Below the pieces are notes generated by a model that was not told where the DNA came from, did not search any database, and worked only from the letters and a program-made list of their open reading frames with translations. Positions 34,626 to 48,331 of a DNA stretch of 64,000 bases are shown here, in pieces. Position 1 is the first letter of the stretch. Every line of letters begins with the position of its first letter. A program made the position numbers and the translations under genes. This DNA comes from Eledone cirrhosa (Eukaryota), in the NCBI GenBank assembly GCA_964016885.1, contig OZ024740.1, forward strand, positions 126,790,001 to 126,854,000. The letters run 5' to 3'.

Positions 34626-36285
34626 ATGGGTCTAGACTTAGAAAAAAATAGATCCCGACGCATTATATGGTATAACCCACCATATAATATGGAGGTGGCC
34701 ACACCATTAGCTAACAGCTTTCCCTCCCTTATTATGAAGCATTTCCTCCAAGCACATAAATATAATACAATTTTTAAAAGAAATACCATTAACATTTCTT
34801 ACTCTACGACTCCTAACCTTCCACACAACATGACTGCTTCAAATTTAGCTAAATTATCTAGGCGTAGGAACACGTGCAACCTTGTAGCCAGTACTAACTG
34901 TAATTGTAGGAATCAGGTTAACTGACCCCTATCTGGGAAATGCCTCTCTAGTAACATTGTCTACACATGTAAGGTTGAAACACCCACCTCCCGTAGGGCC
35001 TACATAGGGTGAACTACCAATACCAAGATTCAAGCAGAGTCATTACATGCATACCCATTCTTTCTTAAACCTTTAAGAAGGAATATGACGTCACTTTCAC
35101 CTTATATCTGGAGTCTCAAAGACAACGAAACCCAATATCTGGGAGATCCTAGCTAAGGTTAGATCGTATAACGGAAATAAAAGACCATGCGACCTCTGCG
35201 CCACTGAAGCCCTGGAAATACTCTGCGCCAATGATCACATCTTAAACAAAAAATCTGAGGCAATTTCGGCTTGTAAACATAGATTGCACAAAACCTTCCT
35301 GCATTACAGCCCCCACATTATACACTAACGGATAGTACGAACTATTCGCAGATAATTTACGTCTTGATGTGGTAGCTAAGTATATTTTCTGTTTATACCA
35401 TTACTTATTTGTATAGGTATGTATATATTACTTGTATGTTTTGTGAAGGTACGTATACTTTCTCCTACGTATATTATATATACAGGTGCATGTGTATATG
35501 GTTATGTGTATACGTAGGTTTTGCGCTAGTGTATGTATGCGGGTTTGCACGTATCTAGGGTGTGTGTATATGTGTATTTTGTGTTTTGGTTGACGTTCGT
35601 TCAGAGAACATATGTGTATTTACATGTAGATATGTGCGCGCGCGCGTTATATACGTATTTATGTGTGTATATTTATATACGTTTATATAATTATATGTAT
35701 ACACACACACACACACACATATATATATATTTTTTTAATATATTTTTATGAGTATTTGGTGTATACGTTCGTATGTGTGCTGGTACAGGCGTTGCGTGGG
35801 TTTTTGTATGTGTGCGCGTGCTTTCGTTTACGTGCTTGTATATGCATACCCATGGCGGGTGTTTTCGCGTAAGCATGTATTTGTACGTATTTGGGTGCGT
35901 GGATGTAAATATTTAATTATTGATGATTTCAATAACCTGTCATTTATTTATATTATTCTTAAATCTGAAGCCGAGAATCATTCGGTTTCCTAAATAGAAT
36001 TTTAGTCTACGACTTCATTTATATATTAAACATGGTTTTGTCTTTGCGTGTAATTGTTGTCACCGCTCTAACGACGAATTATATTCGTTTTTTTCCCGTT
36101 TGTGGAGATGTTCCATGGACATCTCCACAAACCAAAGTATCGTCTTCCTGTTCTCTTTCGGTTGCAACGTTTTTCAAAATATTTACTTCTGCGTTCACAG
36201 ATTGATTTTTTTAGTTTCAGAAGATCCCGTTAAGGATGAAAGCAGCGATTCTTTGTTTAAATATTAATCTGTTAATTTAATAAAT
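34626..36285 (+). mobile_element. 5'-truncated, decayed Naiad-type PLE (second family): GIY-YIG end plus 3' UTR
   Basis: RRIIWYNPPY, ISYSTTPN, CNCRNQVN*PLSGKCL, IVYTC..YIG, CDLCATE, LNKKSE..CKH to stop at 35328, with frameshifts. 3' UTR has a hammerhead-like motif. Confidence 0.85.
36213..36263 (+). ncRNA. Hammerhead-like motif with variant core CAGAAGA (second copy)
   Basis: AGTTT-CAGAAGA-[TCC cgttaa GGA]T-GAAA-GCAG..TTGT-TT-AAATA; homologous to 33097-33147. Confidence 0.5.
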
Positions 36286-36370
36286 ATTTGCTCTACGGTT
36301 CTAATATATTTGATATATATTTATCCTTATCGAGCGCTCTTAGGATTTTAGTCTTTACATTTATTATTAT

Positions 36371-36434
<64 letters not shown>

Positions 36435-36438
<4 letters not shown>

Positions 36439-37360
36439 CAAACAAGGGGAGAAGAATACTGCATGGTTGCACATGGATTACATATTATAAAAGTAGTCCC
36501 TCATCAGTGATTTGCCAACCATCATTGGTATTTCATCGCATTAAAAATCAGATACCTCAGGTTGGTGCGAGCAATAACTAAAATAAGCTATTGGGACAAG
36601 TGAAACGCGTAAAGCGAGTGAGACAAGTAAACAACAGAAGGAAAAGCAAACCGAAGGTTGGAAAAACAGCAAGCCACATGATAATTATCCGATCAGCATA
36701 ATCTGGGTGAATTTCATGAGCGGTCAGACAAGCAGACCGTACGCCGTGAATGCGGTGTGAGAAAGAAGGAATCCAACTACTAACGAACGGGAGGAAGTGA
36801 GAAGGGGAGAAACAGAGAGTGAGTGAGTGGAAGTGCGAGGAAGAGGTCAGTCGAGAGAAAGTGTTAACTGACAGAGGGGCGAAAAAAGGTAAGAGAAACA
36901 GATAGAACGGGGGAGCAGTAAGAGAAAACAGAGAAACAGATAATCGCAGTTTAGGTAAATATATATGAAAAACAAGGGGAGAAGAATACTGCATGATTGC
37001 ACATGGATTACATATTATAAAATTACTCTCTCATCAGTGATTTGCCAACCATCATTGGTATTTCATCGCATTAAAAATCAGATACCTCAGGTTGGTGCGA
37101 GCAATAACTAAAATAAGCTATTGGGACAAGTGAAACGCGTAAAGCGAGTAGGACAAGTAAACAACAGAAGGAAAAGCAAACCGAAGGTTGGAAAAACAGC
37201 AAGCCACATGATAGTTATCCGATCAGCATAAGCTGGGTGAATTTCATGAGCGGTCAGAGAAGCAGACCGTACGCCGTGAATGCGGTGTGAGAAAGAAGGA
37301 ACCCCACTACTAGCGAACGGGAGGAAGTGAGAAGGGAAGAAACAGAGAGTGGGTGAGTGA
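36435..37360. repeat. ~530-bp unit repeated in tandem (about 1.75 copies), probably PLE pseudo-LTR derived
   Basis: AACAAGGGGAGAAGAATACTGCATG... at 36441 and 36971; minus-strand CTGATGAG in each unit; (TA)n flanks. Confidence 0.7.
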
Positions 37361-37428
37361 AAATATATGTATATATATATATATATATGTATGTATATAT
37401 GTATATATATGTATATATACATATATAT

Positions 37429-37511
<83 letters not shown>

Positions 37512-37514
<3 letters not shown>

Positions 37515-40500
37515 TCATCATCATCAACATCACCGTTTTACGTCCGTTCTTCCACGTTAGCATGGATTAGGCGGGTTGTCCTGTTGTGGGCAGTGTATGG
37601 TCGGCTGACCATGTCTTGCTCATACAGGAACTGATTTGGCTTGATTTCTACAGCTGGATGCCCTTCCTAACACCAACCTCATTTACAGTGAGTGCTGGGT
37701 GCTTTTTCGAGGCGCTTACACGTCCAGTTAACTGTGTGGGCTGGGTGCTTTTTTGCCGTGGCACCTCCACGACCACCTTGCAGTGGGAGGGTGTGGGGGC
37801 ATATTGTCTCTATGCTTCAGCTTGTACCTATGGAAGGTCGGGTACTCTGTATTACTGCTTGACGCCAGAGGTCACGGTCGTGTGTCATCGCCTTTGAGAG
37901 GTGTAATTGGGTAAGGTCGGCCTTTATCCCAGGTCTTCTTGGGTCTCCCTCTGCGCGGTATCCATCAACTTCTAGTGTTCTGCACCTTTTTATGCAGCTG
38001 TCATCCTTCATACGCATCACATGTCCATACCAACACAACCGCCTCTCCTGCACACAGCATTTTATTCCTCTTATGCTCAGTCTCTCTCTAAATTCATTTA
38101 TGCTTTGTCGTTCGCATATAATACTATTACACATCCATAGGAGCATGCAGGCTTCGTTTCTCTCTAATCTACGTAAGTCTTCCAATTTCAGTGCCCAGGT
38201 CTCACTACCATGTAACATTGCTGTTCGGATACACGCATCATACAGTCTGCCTTTCATTTTGAGGGGAATGCCTTTTGCAGCTAGCAGTGGCAGTAGTTCC
38301 CTGAACTTTTTCCCGTTGTTACCCTAGTTATTGTACTTTCTGAACACCCACCTCCGCTGCTAATTCGGTCACCTAGGTAGCAAAAGCTGTCTACTGTCTC
38401 TACAGAGCCCTCCCAGAGATTAGTGGTACTTGTTTCCTGTGGCCGTTTGCTGCTATCTGTCCCAGCACAACTGCTGCATGTGAAGCCTACATTCTTAATT
38501 AAGTTTCCTGAGATCTCTTGTGTACCCATTGTTTGCATTTGGGGCAGAGAATGGAGTTCCTACCTACATATTTCCTACATACTGAGCAAAGCCATTTTCC
38601 TGAGGGGATATGGGTTCTGTTTTCTCGTCTACTTACAAGGACCTTAGTCTTTGTCATGTTGACTTTGGGACTCTTTCTTTCTAGTCCCTGCTTCCAAGTT
38701 TGGAATTTATTCTCTAGTTCTACCATAGATTCAGCTATATGTGGGAGGTCATCAGCATACAGGAGTTCCCATGGGCATCCGATCTTAAACTCCTCCGTTA
38801 TTGCCTGCAGGACTATGATGAACAGGAGAGGGCTAAGAACAGAGCCCTGGTGGACACCAACGCTAAATTCCTCGCTATACTCATTGCTAATCCTAACTTT
38901 GCTGACTGCTCCCCTATACATGGCTTGTAAAGCTTTCACAAGCCATTCCTCAACTCCTAATTTTCTAAGAACCCACCAGATTACAGCACGCGGAACTGTG
39001 TCAAAGGCTTTCTCGAGATCGACGAATGCCAGGTAGAGTGGCTTACTTTTAGCTAGGTACTTTTCCTGTAACTGCCTTACAAGGAAGAGGGCATCAGTGT
39101 TGCTTCTCCCTGGTACAAACCCAAATTGCATCTCATCTAGTTTAACCCGGTCCCTAATCAACTGTGCTATTACTCTTTCTGCTACTTTCATGACCTGGTC
39201 CATCCGCTTTATACCTCTATAGTTTCCTCTATCGAGTGCATCACCTTTACCTTTGTAGCAGTTGACAATGATGCTACTGCACCAACCATTTTGTATGACA
39301 CCTTCTAGTATTACCTCGTTAACAATGCGTGTGGTTATAGTGTGACCTACAGACCCAGATGACTTCAGCATCTCGGCAGCTATACACGATGGACCGGTTT
39401 CCTTCCCCATCTTCATATCTTTGATTGCGTTACTTACTACGCTGCTGCTGACTTGTATTTCTGGCCCCTCTATAGCGTCTACTTGGGGTAGGGTCTCTTC
39501 TTCCCATGCATTCTCCTCATTTAGTAATCTATCATAATGACTCTTTCATGCATCTTTCTTCTCAGCACTTGTGAGGGCAAGCGCACCTTTATCATTCCGG
39601 ATACACTTCTCTCCAATGACATCACAATTCTCTCTGACACACTGCTTCGCAATCTTGAACACCTCCTGTTTCTGATCCTCACATTGCAAAACATGCTTGA
39701 ATTTTCTATCCTCTGCTTCCCTCCTAGCTAAGTATACTTGTCGCCTAGCTTCCCTCTTGGTCTCTATGTAATGTACCCTACTCCCCCCGTTCTTCCATTC
39801 TTTCCATGTCTGTCTCTTGGCCTTAACTGCCTCATCTACCTCATTGTTCCACCACCAAGTCACTCTCCTCCTGCTTGTGGTCTTACACCTGCCACAGACC
39901 TCATCAGTCGCCTCTAGTAAGTTATTTTTTAGGAACTCCCACGGCTCTTATATATTGAATGTCTGTATCTGTTCTTCTCTACTGTCGTAGGCGTTGAGTA
40001 AAATATCTTTAAATCTGTTACTGGCTGAAGTGTCTTTCAGCTTCCATATAGTTCTTCTCCAGGTTGGCCTCTGTTTCCAGGTTCGTCTAGTTCTGACCGT
40101 GACGTCGCTGACAACTAAGTTATGTTGGGAGGTACATTCCTCACTAGGGAAGGCTTTTGTGTTTACGACCGTCCATCTGTCACGTCCTCTGATGAGGATA
40201 AAATATATATGACTAGAATGCTCCCCTGATCTATAGGTGATCAGGTGGTTGTCGGATTTTTTGAAGTTTGTGTTACCTATCGACATGTCATTGGCGTCGC
40301 AGAATTCTAGAAGTCTGAATCCTTCTTCATTTCTTGTGCCAACCCCATGGCCTCCATGGACTCTATTGAAGCCGTCACAGTGTTTACCTACGTGTCCGTT
40401 AAAATCTCCTTCGATGATTAGGAAGTCATTGTCGTTTGTTAGAGCAGTAGTGTGCATTAGGGACTCGTAAAATATATACTTAAGTTCGTCTGGAAACCCC

Positions 40501-40900
40501 GATTGGGGTGCGTAAGCTGATATTATTGTGGTAATTGTTCTATTCAGGACTAGTCTGAGTTTAATGATTCTTGCATTTACCCTGTACACTGAGATTACTT
40601 TATCTACCCACTTGTCAGCTAGTAGTATACCTAAACCACCCATCCCATCGTCATTTCCCACCCAGAAAAATTTGTAGCACTGACTTTTTCCTACAAGGAC
40701 TCTAGCAGACTCTCCTCTCCATCTAGTCTCCTGCACACAGCATACACCAATTTCCTTTTGCTCTAGCATTGCTACGATTTCTCCTGCTCTTCCTTTCATT
40801 GTGCTTACATTGATGGTACCAACTCGGAGTTTTGGGCATTTATCGACACTCGTAGGGACGGGTCGAATTTTGCAGGGGTGTGTATGTGCTTCCTCTCTCT
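37512..40900 (-). mobile_element. RTE-clade LINE, decayed
   Basis: APE (CVQETRW, ISAYAPQ, GDFNGHVG; 39948-40799), RT (QFGFVPG, FVDLEKAFD, GVHQGSVLSP, LLYADD; 38499-39416), embedded Cys-rich CSVC..CPKC..WVHK, YGSETW-like C-terminus, (TGA)n tail; in (TA)n. Confidence 0.9.
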
Positions 40901-40904
40901 GGAT

Positions 40905-40952
<48 letters not shown>

Positions 40953-40956
<4 letters not shown>

Positions 40957-41015
40957 TGTTATTAATTCTGTTCTGTTATTAATTCTGGCAATATTATTAA
41001 ACAAATATGAACCTC

Positions 41016-41052
<37 letters not shown>

Positions 41053-42181
41053 TATATATAAATATATACTATATATAGAGTTATAAACTCAAACAGTCTT
41101 TTACAATTAAATAGCTCAAAGAAAGAGATATTTCTGAGCCGTGAAATGCAAATTAATATAAATTAATATATAATAAACACTAATACAATTTTATAAGTGT
41201 TTGTATTGCAAATGACCAAGTTAGCTAGATTGAAACATACTAATTAAATTAATACAGTCGGCGCTGAGAAACCATGTGCGTTCAACACTTTTATCTCAGT
41301 CCTCCTAAGTATTTTGAGGTGAAACATACCAATTCTGGATACCTGCAGAAGAGCACAGAAATGGAATTTTCACTTATCGTTGCGAAACGGATTTGAGTTT
41401 TGAAATTTTAATTTGTTTGCGAAACAGATTTGGGTTTTGAAATTTAAATTTGTCCAGGTATCACGGCTATTGCCAATATGGGTTTGTTTTTATTGATTTA
41501 TTATTTTAAATCGAGACAGGCAAACTGTATTAATTTAATTAGTATTTTTCAATCTAGCTAACTTGGTCATTTGCAATACAAACACTTATATAATTGTATT
41601 AGTGTTTATCATATATTACTTTTTATTAATTTGTATTTCACGGCTCAGAAATATCTCTTTCTTTGAGCTATTTAATTGTAAAAGACTGTTTGAGTTTATA
41701 ACTCTATATATAGTATTAACGGCTCCTTTTGTTGAGCTAAATATTAGTCCCATAAAAACGGCTGTTATTTCTAGCGGCACGAGTATAGGACTGGCTAGCC
41801 GCTGAGAAACCATGTGCGTTCAACACTTTTATCTCAGTCCTCCTAAGTATTTTGAGGTGAAACATACCAATTCTAGATACCTGCAGAAGAGCACAGAAAT
41901 GGAATTTTCACTTATCGTTGCGAAACGGATTTGAGTTTTGATATTTAAATTTGTCTGCGAAACAGATTTGGGTTTTGAAATTTAAATTTGTCCAGGTATC
42001 ACGGCTATTGCCAATATGGGTTTGTTTTTATTGATTTATTATTTTAAATCGAGACAGGCAAACTGTATTAATTTAATTAGTATTTTTCAATCTAGCTAAC
42101 TTGGTCATTTGCAATACAAAACACTTATATAATTGTATTAGTGTTTATCATATATTAATTTATATTAATTTGTATAAATAA

Positions 42182-42255
<74 letters not shown>

Positions 42256-42300
42256 GAGGTTCATATGTGCGTAAGAATATTGCCACAATTAATAACAGAA
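40953..42300. repeat. Non-coding element with inverted plus tandem architecture
   Basis: 41068-41258 is the reverse complement of 41524-41712; 41263-41635 is directly repeated at 41800-42175. 40968-41018 is inverted relative to 42252-42300. Confidence 0.75.
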
Positions 42301-42442
42301 CACACTCACTGTTTGGTTTGTTTTCGCTTCAGTGTCTTTTATATCGGTTAATTTAATTTATTCACTCCTCAATGTTACTATTGACTGACCAAACGGTCAA
42401 AAATACATATATAATATTGACACAAATACATATCTACAGTCT

Positions 42443-42485
42443 AACAAAGTTCTTTCTTTGCACATCTGCAACATCATCAGTGGTG
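42443..42485 (-). ncRNA. Minimal hammerhead ribozyme motif in PLE 3' UTR
   Basis: Minus strand: ACCA-CTGATGA-TG[TTGCA gatg TGCAA]A-GAAA-GAAC-TT-TGTT. Confidence 0.65.
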
Positions 42486-45042
42486 CTATTATGTTTACTC
42501 CTGTTGTATTGTATGACTACGCCATCTTTATTTAGGCTGTTTATTTATTTATTTATTTTTGTCTTCTTCTCTGCGCATGTGTTTGCGTGTCTGTGTATTG
42601 GTTATTGTATTCTATCTTAGTTTACTAGTGTGTGTTTATATGTGTTTGTTGTTATTGTGCTTGCGTATGTATTTATTTATTTACTTTTTTTTGTATTTAT
42701 ACTTCTCATAGGTCAGTATTTTTTGTTTGGGTGTTGTTATTCCATTCATTTTTTCTGTTTAGCCTTGGCCTTCTAAGTTCTATTTCGCTGGCCTCTCTGA
42801 TTTTCCTATCAGCTGGATCATTTCTATGTTTAGATATTATTTTAATTTCTATGTTGTCTATGTTACCGTCGTGTTGTTGTCTGGCATGTTCGTATAGTAC
42901 TGAACCGTTTTTTCGTCCTTTTAGTTCCCCCCAGTGTTGGTCTATCCTTTCACCTATGCTACGAGCTGTCTCGCCTATGTATATTGTTGTCATGTTTCTG
43001 AAAGTACCCTCTCTACATCTTATGCTATAGACTACGTTTCTAGTTTTAGAGTTTATCCGGGGTTTACTTTACATATGATACATTTCCTATTAGTACAATG
43101 GGTTTTCCTAAAAGGGTAGATTTTGCTGATCAGGGATTTTATGGTGGTTCCTGGCTTTTCTACCACCTTAATCTTTAAGTTGGTCTTTCTCAGGGCCTTT
43201 CTACACTGCTTAGCTAATTTCCCTCCAGAGGTAGCGTCCACAAAGATTATACTCTGGTATCTCTGGTTGTCGTACCATGAGGTGGCTTTCCCCATCTTAT
43301 GTCTAGTCCTATCTAAGCTATTCCATGATTTGCTCCTGTATAATGGGCAAATTCCTTTCATATCCAGTTCTATGAGGGTCTTATACTTCTTTGTGGCTCC
43401 TTCGTATACACTGATTCTGTTTCTTTGGTTATAGCCAGAGAACTGCATGCGGTTGATAAAGTGTTGGATGTGTCTTTCAATTTCTGTTGGGTCGCACATG
43501 CGTGACACGTTCTTCATCACTCGTACCAAGTCTGCAATCAGAATATTAAACTTAGCACTACTGGACATTGCTGAGTTTTTTAGTATCAGGTATTTGGAGG
43601 CCATGGGTTTAGCGTAGTGTGAGTGGAGAATTTGGGCTCTGTCGTCTATAGTGTTAATCCCGAGTTCTGTGTCTAATACAGGTAGTCTATTGTTAGGGTG
43701 TTTGGAAGGGTAGTCGATAGTTACAGTTATACTCTGGTGTATGGAATTAGCTATCTGCTGGATGCTTTCCATTGTGCTACGTTCTAAATCAAACTTGTTA
43801 GTAGTCTTTTGTGGGGATGTCCTTATTACTATATTGATGTCGTCTACGTAACGAGAGTAGATGATGAGGTCTATGGAGCTCTCATCAAGGATATATTTGA
43901 GTCTCCTTTCCGACCATATCATATAAAGGTTGGCAACGTGACCAGCTATGCTGACGGCAATGGCTGCTCCTTCATTTTGGGTGTAGATCTTCTCGTTGAA
44001 TTTTAATATGTTCCCTTTAGGGTAGTTTTGATACTAGCCCCTATTGCATGTGCGACCATTTTTTTACCTGATCATTGTTTTGGGGGTCCGTATAGCTTTG
44101 GTCCACCTATTCCACCTTCCCATGGGGGTCCTTTTTGCCATTGAGGTTATGGTGGGGAGGTCAACCTCTTATGGGTCTACTGGGGCAGAAACGTCTAAGG
44201 TCATGGCTCTCTAGGTAATCAGTGTCATAGGTAAGTGTAAGTAGGAGGCCCAGTTCGTCTGTCTCGACGTCGCAGAACTCCACCTCACTCTCAATGATCA
44301 TCTCCACACATTTTCCACAGCAAAATCAATGTTGATGGATGGGTACAGCGATACCACATCTATACTGCCTATTATGCAGTTGGATAGATTTTTGTTTCTT
44401 TTGCACACACTGATTCTGCTGAGGAGGTCCTCTGTACTGTCACATACATCTGGGGACATCTTGATTATGGGGCGAATAACCATTGAGAGGAAGTAAGAGA
44501 TCCTGTAGTTGCTAGCTATATTGGCTCCGCATACAGGTCTTGTTGGTGGTCCTGTTGTCGGGTCGTCGACTGTCTTATGGACCAACACTGGGGGGAACTA
44601 AAAGGACGAAAAAACTGTTCAGTACTATACGAACATGCAAGACAACAACACGACGGTAACATAGACAACATAGAAATTAAAATAATATCTAAACATAGAA
44701 AAGACCCAGCAAATCAGAAAAGCCAGCGAAATAGAACTTAGAAGGCCAAGGCTAAACAGAAAAAATGAATGGAATAACAACAACACCCAAACAAACAATA
44801 CTTTATTTATAAAAGAAGTATAAATAAATAAAAAAAATAATTAAATAAACAAATGCATACACAATAACAACAAACACATATAAACACACACTAGTAAACT
44901 AAGATAGAATACAATAACCAATACACAGTCACCCAAACACTATACACACGCGCAAATGCATGCGCAGAGAAGACAAAAATAAATAAACAAACTAAATAAA
45001 GATGGCGCAGGCATACAATAATACAGGAGGAAACATAATAGC

Positions 45043-45084
45043 ACCACTGACGATGTTGCAGATGTGCAACGAAAGAACTTTGTT
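45043..45084 (+). ncRNA. Minimal hammerhead ribozyme motif in the inverted pseudo-LTR
   Basis: ACCA-CTGACGA-T[GTTGCA gatg TGCAAC]-GAAA-GAAC-TT-TGTT. Confidence 0.65.
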
Positions 45085-45326
45085 AGACTATATATATGTG
45101 TTTGCGACTATATTATATCTGTATTTTTTACCATTGGTCAGTCAGTGGTAAAATTGAGGATCGAATAAATTAAATTAACCGATATAAAAGACACAGAAGC
45201 GAAAACCACCACACAATGAGTGTGTTCTGTTATTAATTCTGGCAATATTACTACACAAATATGACCCTCCTCAAATATAACAATATTTGTTTCCACACAC
45301 GATTTCATATCAAAAACCTCGCAAAA

Positions 45327-45398
<72 letters not shown>

Positions 45399-45406
<8 letters not shown>

Positions 45407-46240
45407 TAAACAAATAATGAATAAAACAATGAAACAGTTCCTTATATTAAACAAAAAAAGTTCATTATTTAACGATCGTTTCTAGGATATATATGTGTTA
45501 GAATTGGCATGCATATTCAACAGATCTATGTACAAAATTATACAAAATTATACAAACTATCAAGATTAAATATACATACCAAACACACATATACGCCGTC
45601 TTCAGAAATAATGAAATATATTTATTGATAATAACAACAATTCAAAATTTCAGGTCCGTTTGGGAACAAAATTGACCAATGAAAATACAAAAGGTTTTAT
45701 GCAGTTTGGTGTGTGTATATACATGTAACTACCCCGTACACATATTTATACAAAGATGTATGCTCAACATGCATACGCATGCCAAAAAGATGCATGCAAA
45801 TACAAAATTTCAAGGTTAATGTCTCTGTAAGTTTATAATGCACAGATAAGATGCGTATAGACACATAAATATGAAATAAGTGTATACACATATTCTCATA
45901 CTCACACATATCCGTACACTCACACACACGCGCGCGTATATGCATAAACATACACATAATTACGAACATACATACACACACACACCCCCACACACATATA
46001 TATATGTGGATATAATATTATCATAAGCACATGGATATTAATTCACTCACATAAACACTGCCACACACATTTAGATCAAGATACAGAAATTAGGTGGGAG
46101 GGGGGGAGAGGTCAGTATTCAACGGTTTGGGCAGACTGCTTATTTATAGATGTATCTATAAACTAAGAAATAAAAAATAAAAATTAAAAAGGAAAGAAAA
46201 GAAAAAGAAAAAGAAAAAAGAAAAAAGAAATATATCAAGA

Positions 46241-46323
<83 letters not shown>

Positions 46324-46405
46324 CACACATCTACACTTAGAACACACATACACACACATATATAAACATATACATATACACACATACACACATATACACA
46401 CATAC

Positions 46406-46448
<43 letters not shown>

Positions 46449-46963
46449 TACACATATAATCACACATACATATATAGACACACATATATATACACATACA
46501 CGCACATATACATACACATACATACTTATATACATACAGATATACACATACATACCTATATTTACACACAAATACATACAGACATACATACATACATACA
46601 CACAAATACTTACGCATCCATATATCGGTATATACATACAAACACCACTACACTCTCACACAACTCAGACATACAAAGAAAAAGGTATATACCTATACAC
46701 ATATACACATACAAATAGAGATACATATACATATATATATATATATACACATATATATATATATATACATACACATATACACACATATATATACACATAC
46801 ACATACATACATGTACACACACATACATATACATACATACACACATACACACATACATATATAGTCATACACACACATACACCTACACGAACATACACAT
46901 ACACATATATAAAGATATATATACACACACACACATACACACACACACATATATATAAAATAA

Positions 46964-47012
<49 letters not shown>

Positions 47013-47629
47013 CATACACATATACATAGACATATATGTACATACATACACATACATACATACATATACACACATATATATATACATACACACATAGACA
47101 CATACATACATACACACACAACATACATACACACACATATATACTCATACATAGACATAGATATATATTCATACATACATACGCACTTACATATACTCAT
47201 ATATACAAATACATACGCATCCATATATGCGTATATACATACAAACACCACTACACTCTCACACAACTCAGACATACAAAGAAAAAGGTATATACATATA
47301 CATATATACACACATTAATAGAGATACATATACACATATATATATATATATATACACATGCATTTATATATATACACCCACACACACATATAACCATAAA
47401 CACACATACAAACACACACATACACACATATATACATACATATATATACACACACACAAAAAACACACATACACATATATATTTTTACATATATATATAC
47501 ATATATATACATATACACACCCTCACATATACACACATACACATAAGTTATATTATAATAATAAATAATATATATATATATATATATATACACATACGAA
47601 TATAGACATATATACACACATAGATATAC

Positions 47630-47661
<32 letters not shown>

Positions 47662-48295
47662 TCACATATATATGTGCGCACACGTACATATATACACATA
47701 CACACATATACACATAAACATATACATGTGCATACATGTACATACACACATATACCCACATAGATACGAAGATAGACATATATATAGAGAGACATACATA
47801 TATATACACATATATATATACACATACATACACACATATATATATATATATATACACACACACATACACGCCCACACACATATACACGTATACACATATA
47901 TATATATATACATATACACATATATATACACATGCATATATACACATATATATATATATACACACATATATATACACACAATCTTACATTCTTATTTGCA
48001 TGCGCATATATGTATTTTTATATTCAGATATAAATACCCAAACATATATACACCTACCTACATATATATTCTCATACATACACGCTTACAAACACAGATG
48101 ATAATAGTATGGGGGAAAGGGGGGGTTGGAGAAGGGGATTATAGTAAATATATGTTTCAAGAAACATAGAATATTATCTGTATCTGGATCCCAATATATG
48201 TTTTTACATAGTTTCAGTGTTAGGAAATACAAGAAATAAGGCAAAATTATGCATTTCAAAATAAGTATACCATTAATTATATGTTAACTAAACTA
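45399..48295 (-). repeat. Inverted copy of the Naiad 3' UTR (5' inverted pseudo-LTR)
   Basis: Reverse complement of ~50752-53957 (e.g. ORF-track peptide MWGCVCV.. at 45697- and 53364+), lacking the 52074-52446 insert; abuts (TA)n at 45330-45400. Confidence 0.92.
45461..45615 (-). ncRNA. Hammerhead motif with extended stem II (inverted copy)
   Basis: Reverse complement of 53742-53896. Confidence 0.65.
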
Positions 48296-48331
48296 TATGT
48301 TAACTAAACTATATATGTTAACTAAACTACT

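Larger units (their letters stand above)
42252..45330 (-). mobile_element. Penelope-like element (non-Naiad), 5'-truncated, with inverted pseudo-LTR
   Basis: RT pieces 44298-44588 (RPVCGA, SIDVVSLYPSI) and 43053-43922 (YSRYVDD, VLDTEL), Cys linker, GIY-YIG 42706-42993 (YIGETARS..R..QH, LNRKNEW). 44581-45272 is an inverted copy of 42252-42941. Confidence 0.88.

Noticed and set aside
35329-36285. SECIS element for the TGA-containing Naiad
   Set aside because: ATGA at ~35923 lacks a convincing helix II, apical AA and GA quartet by eye; left to SECISearch
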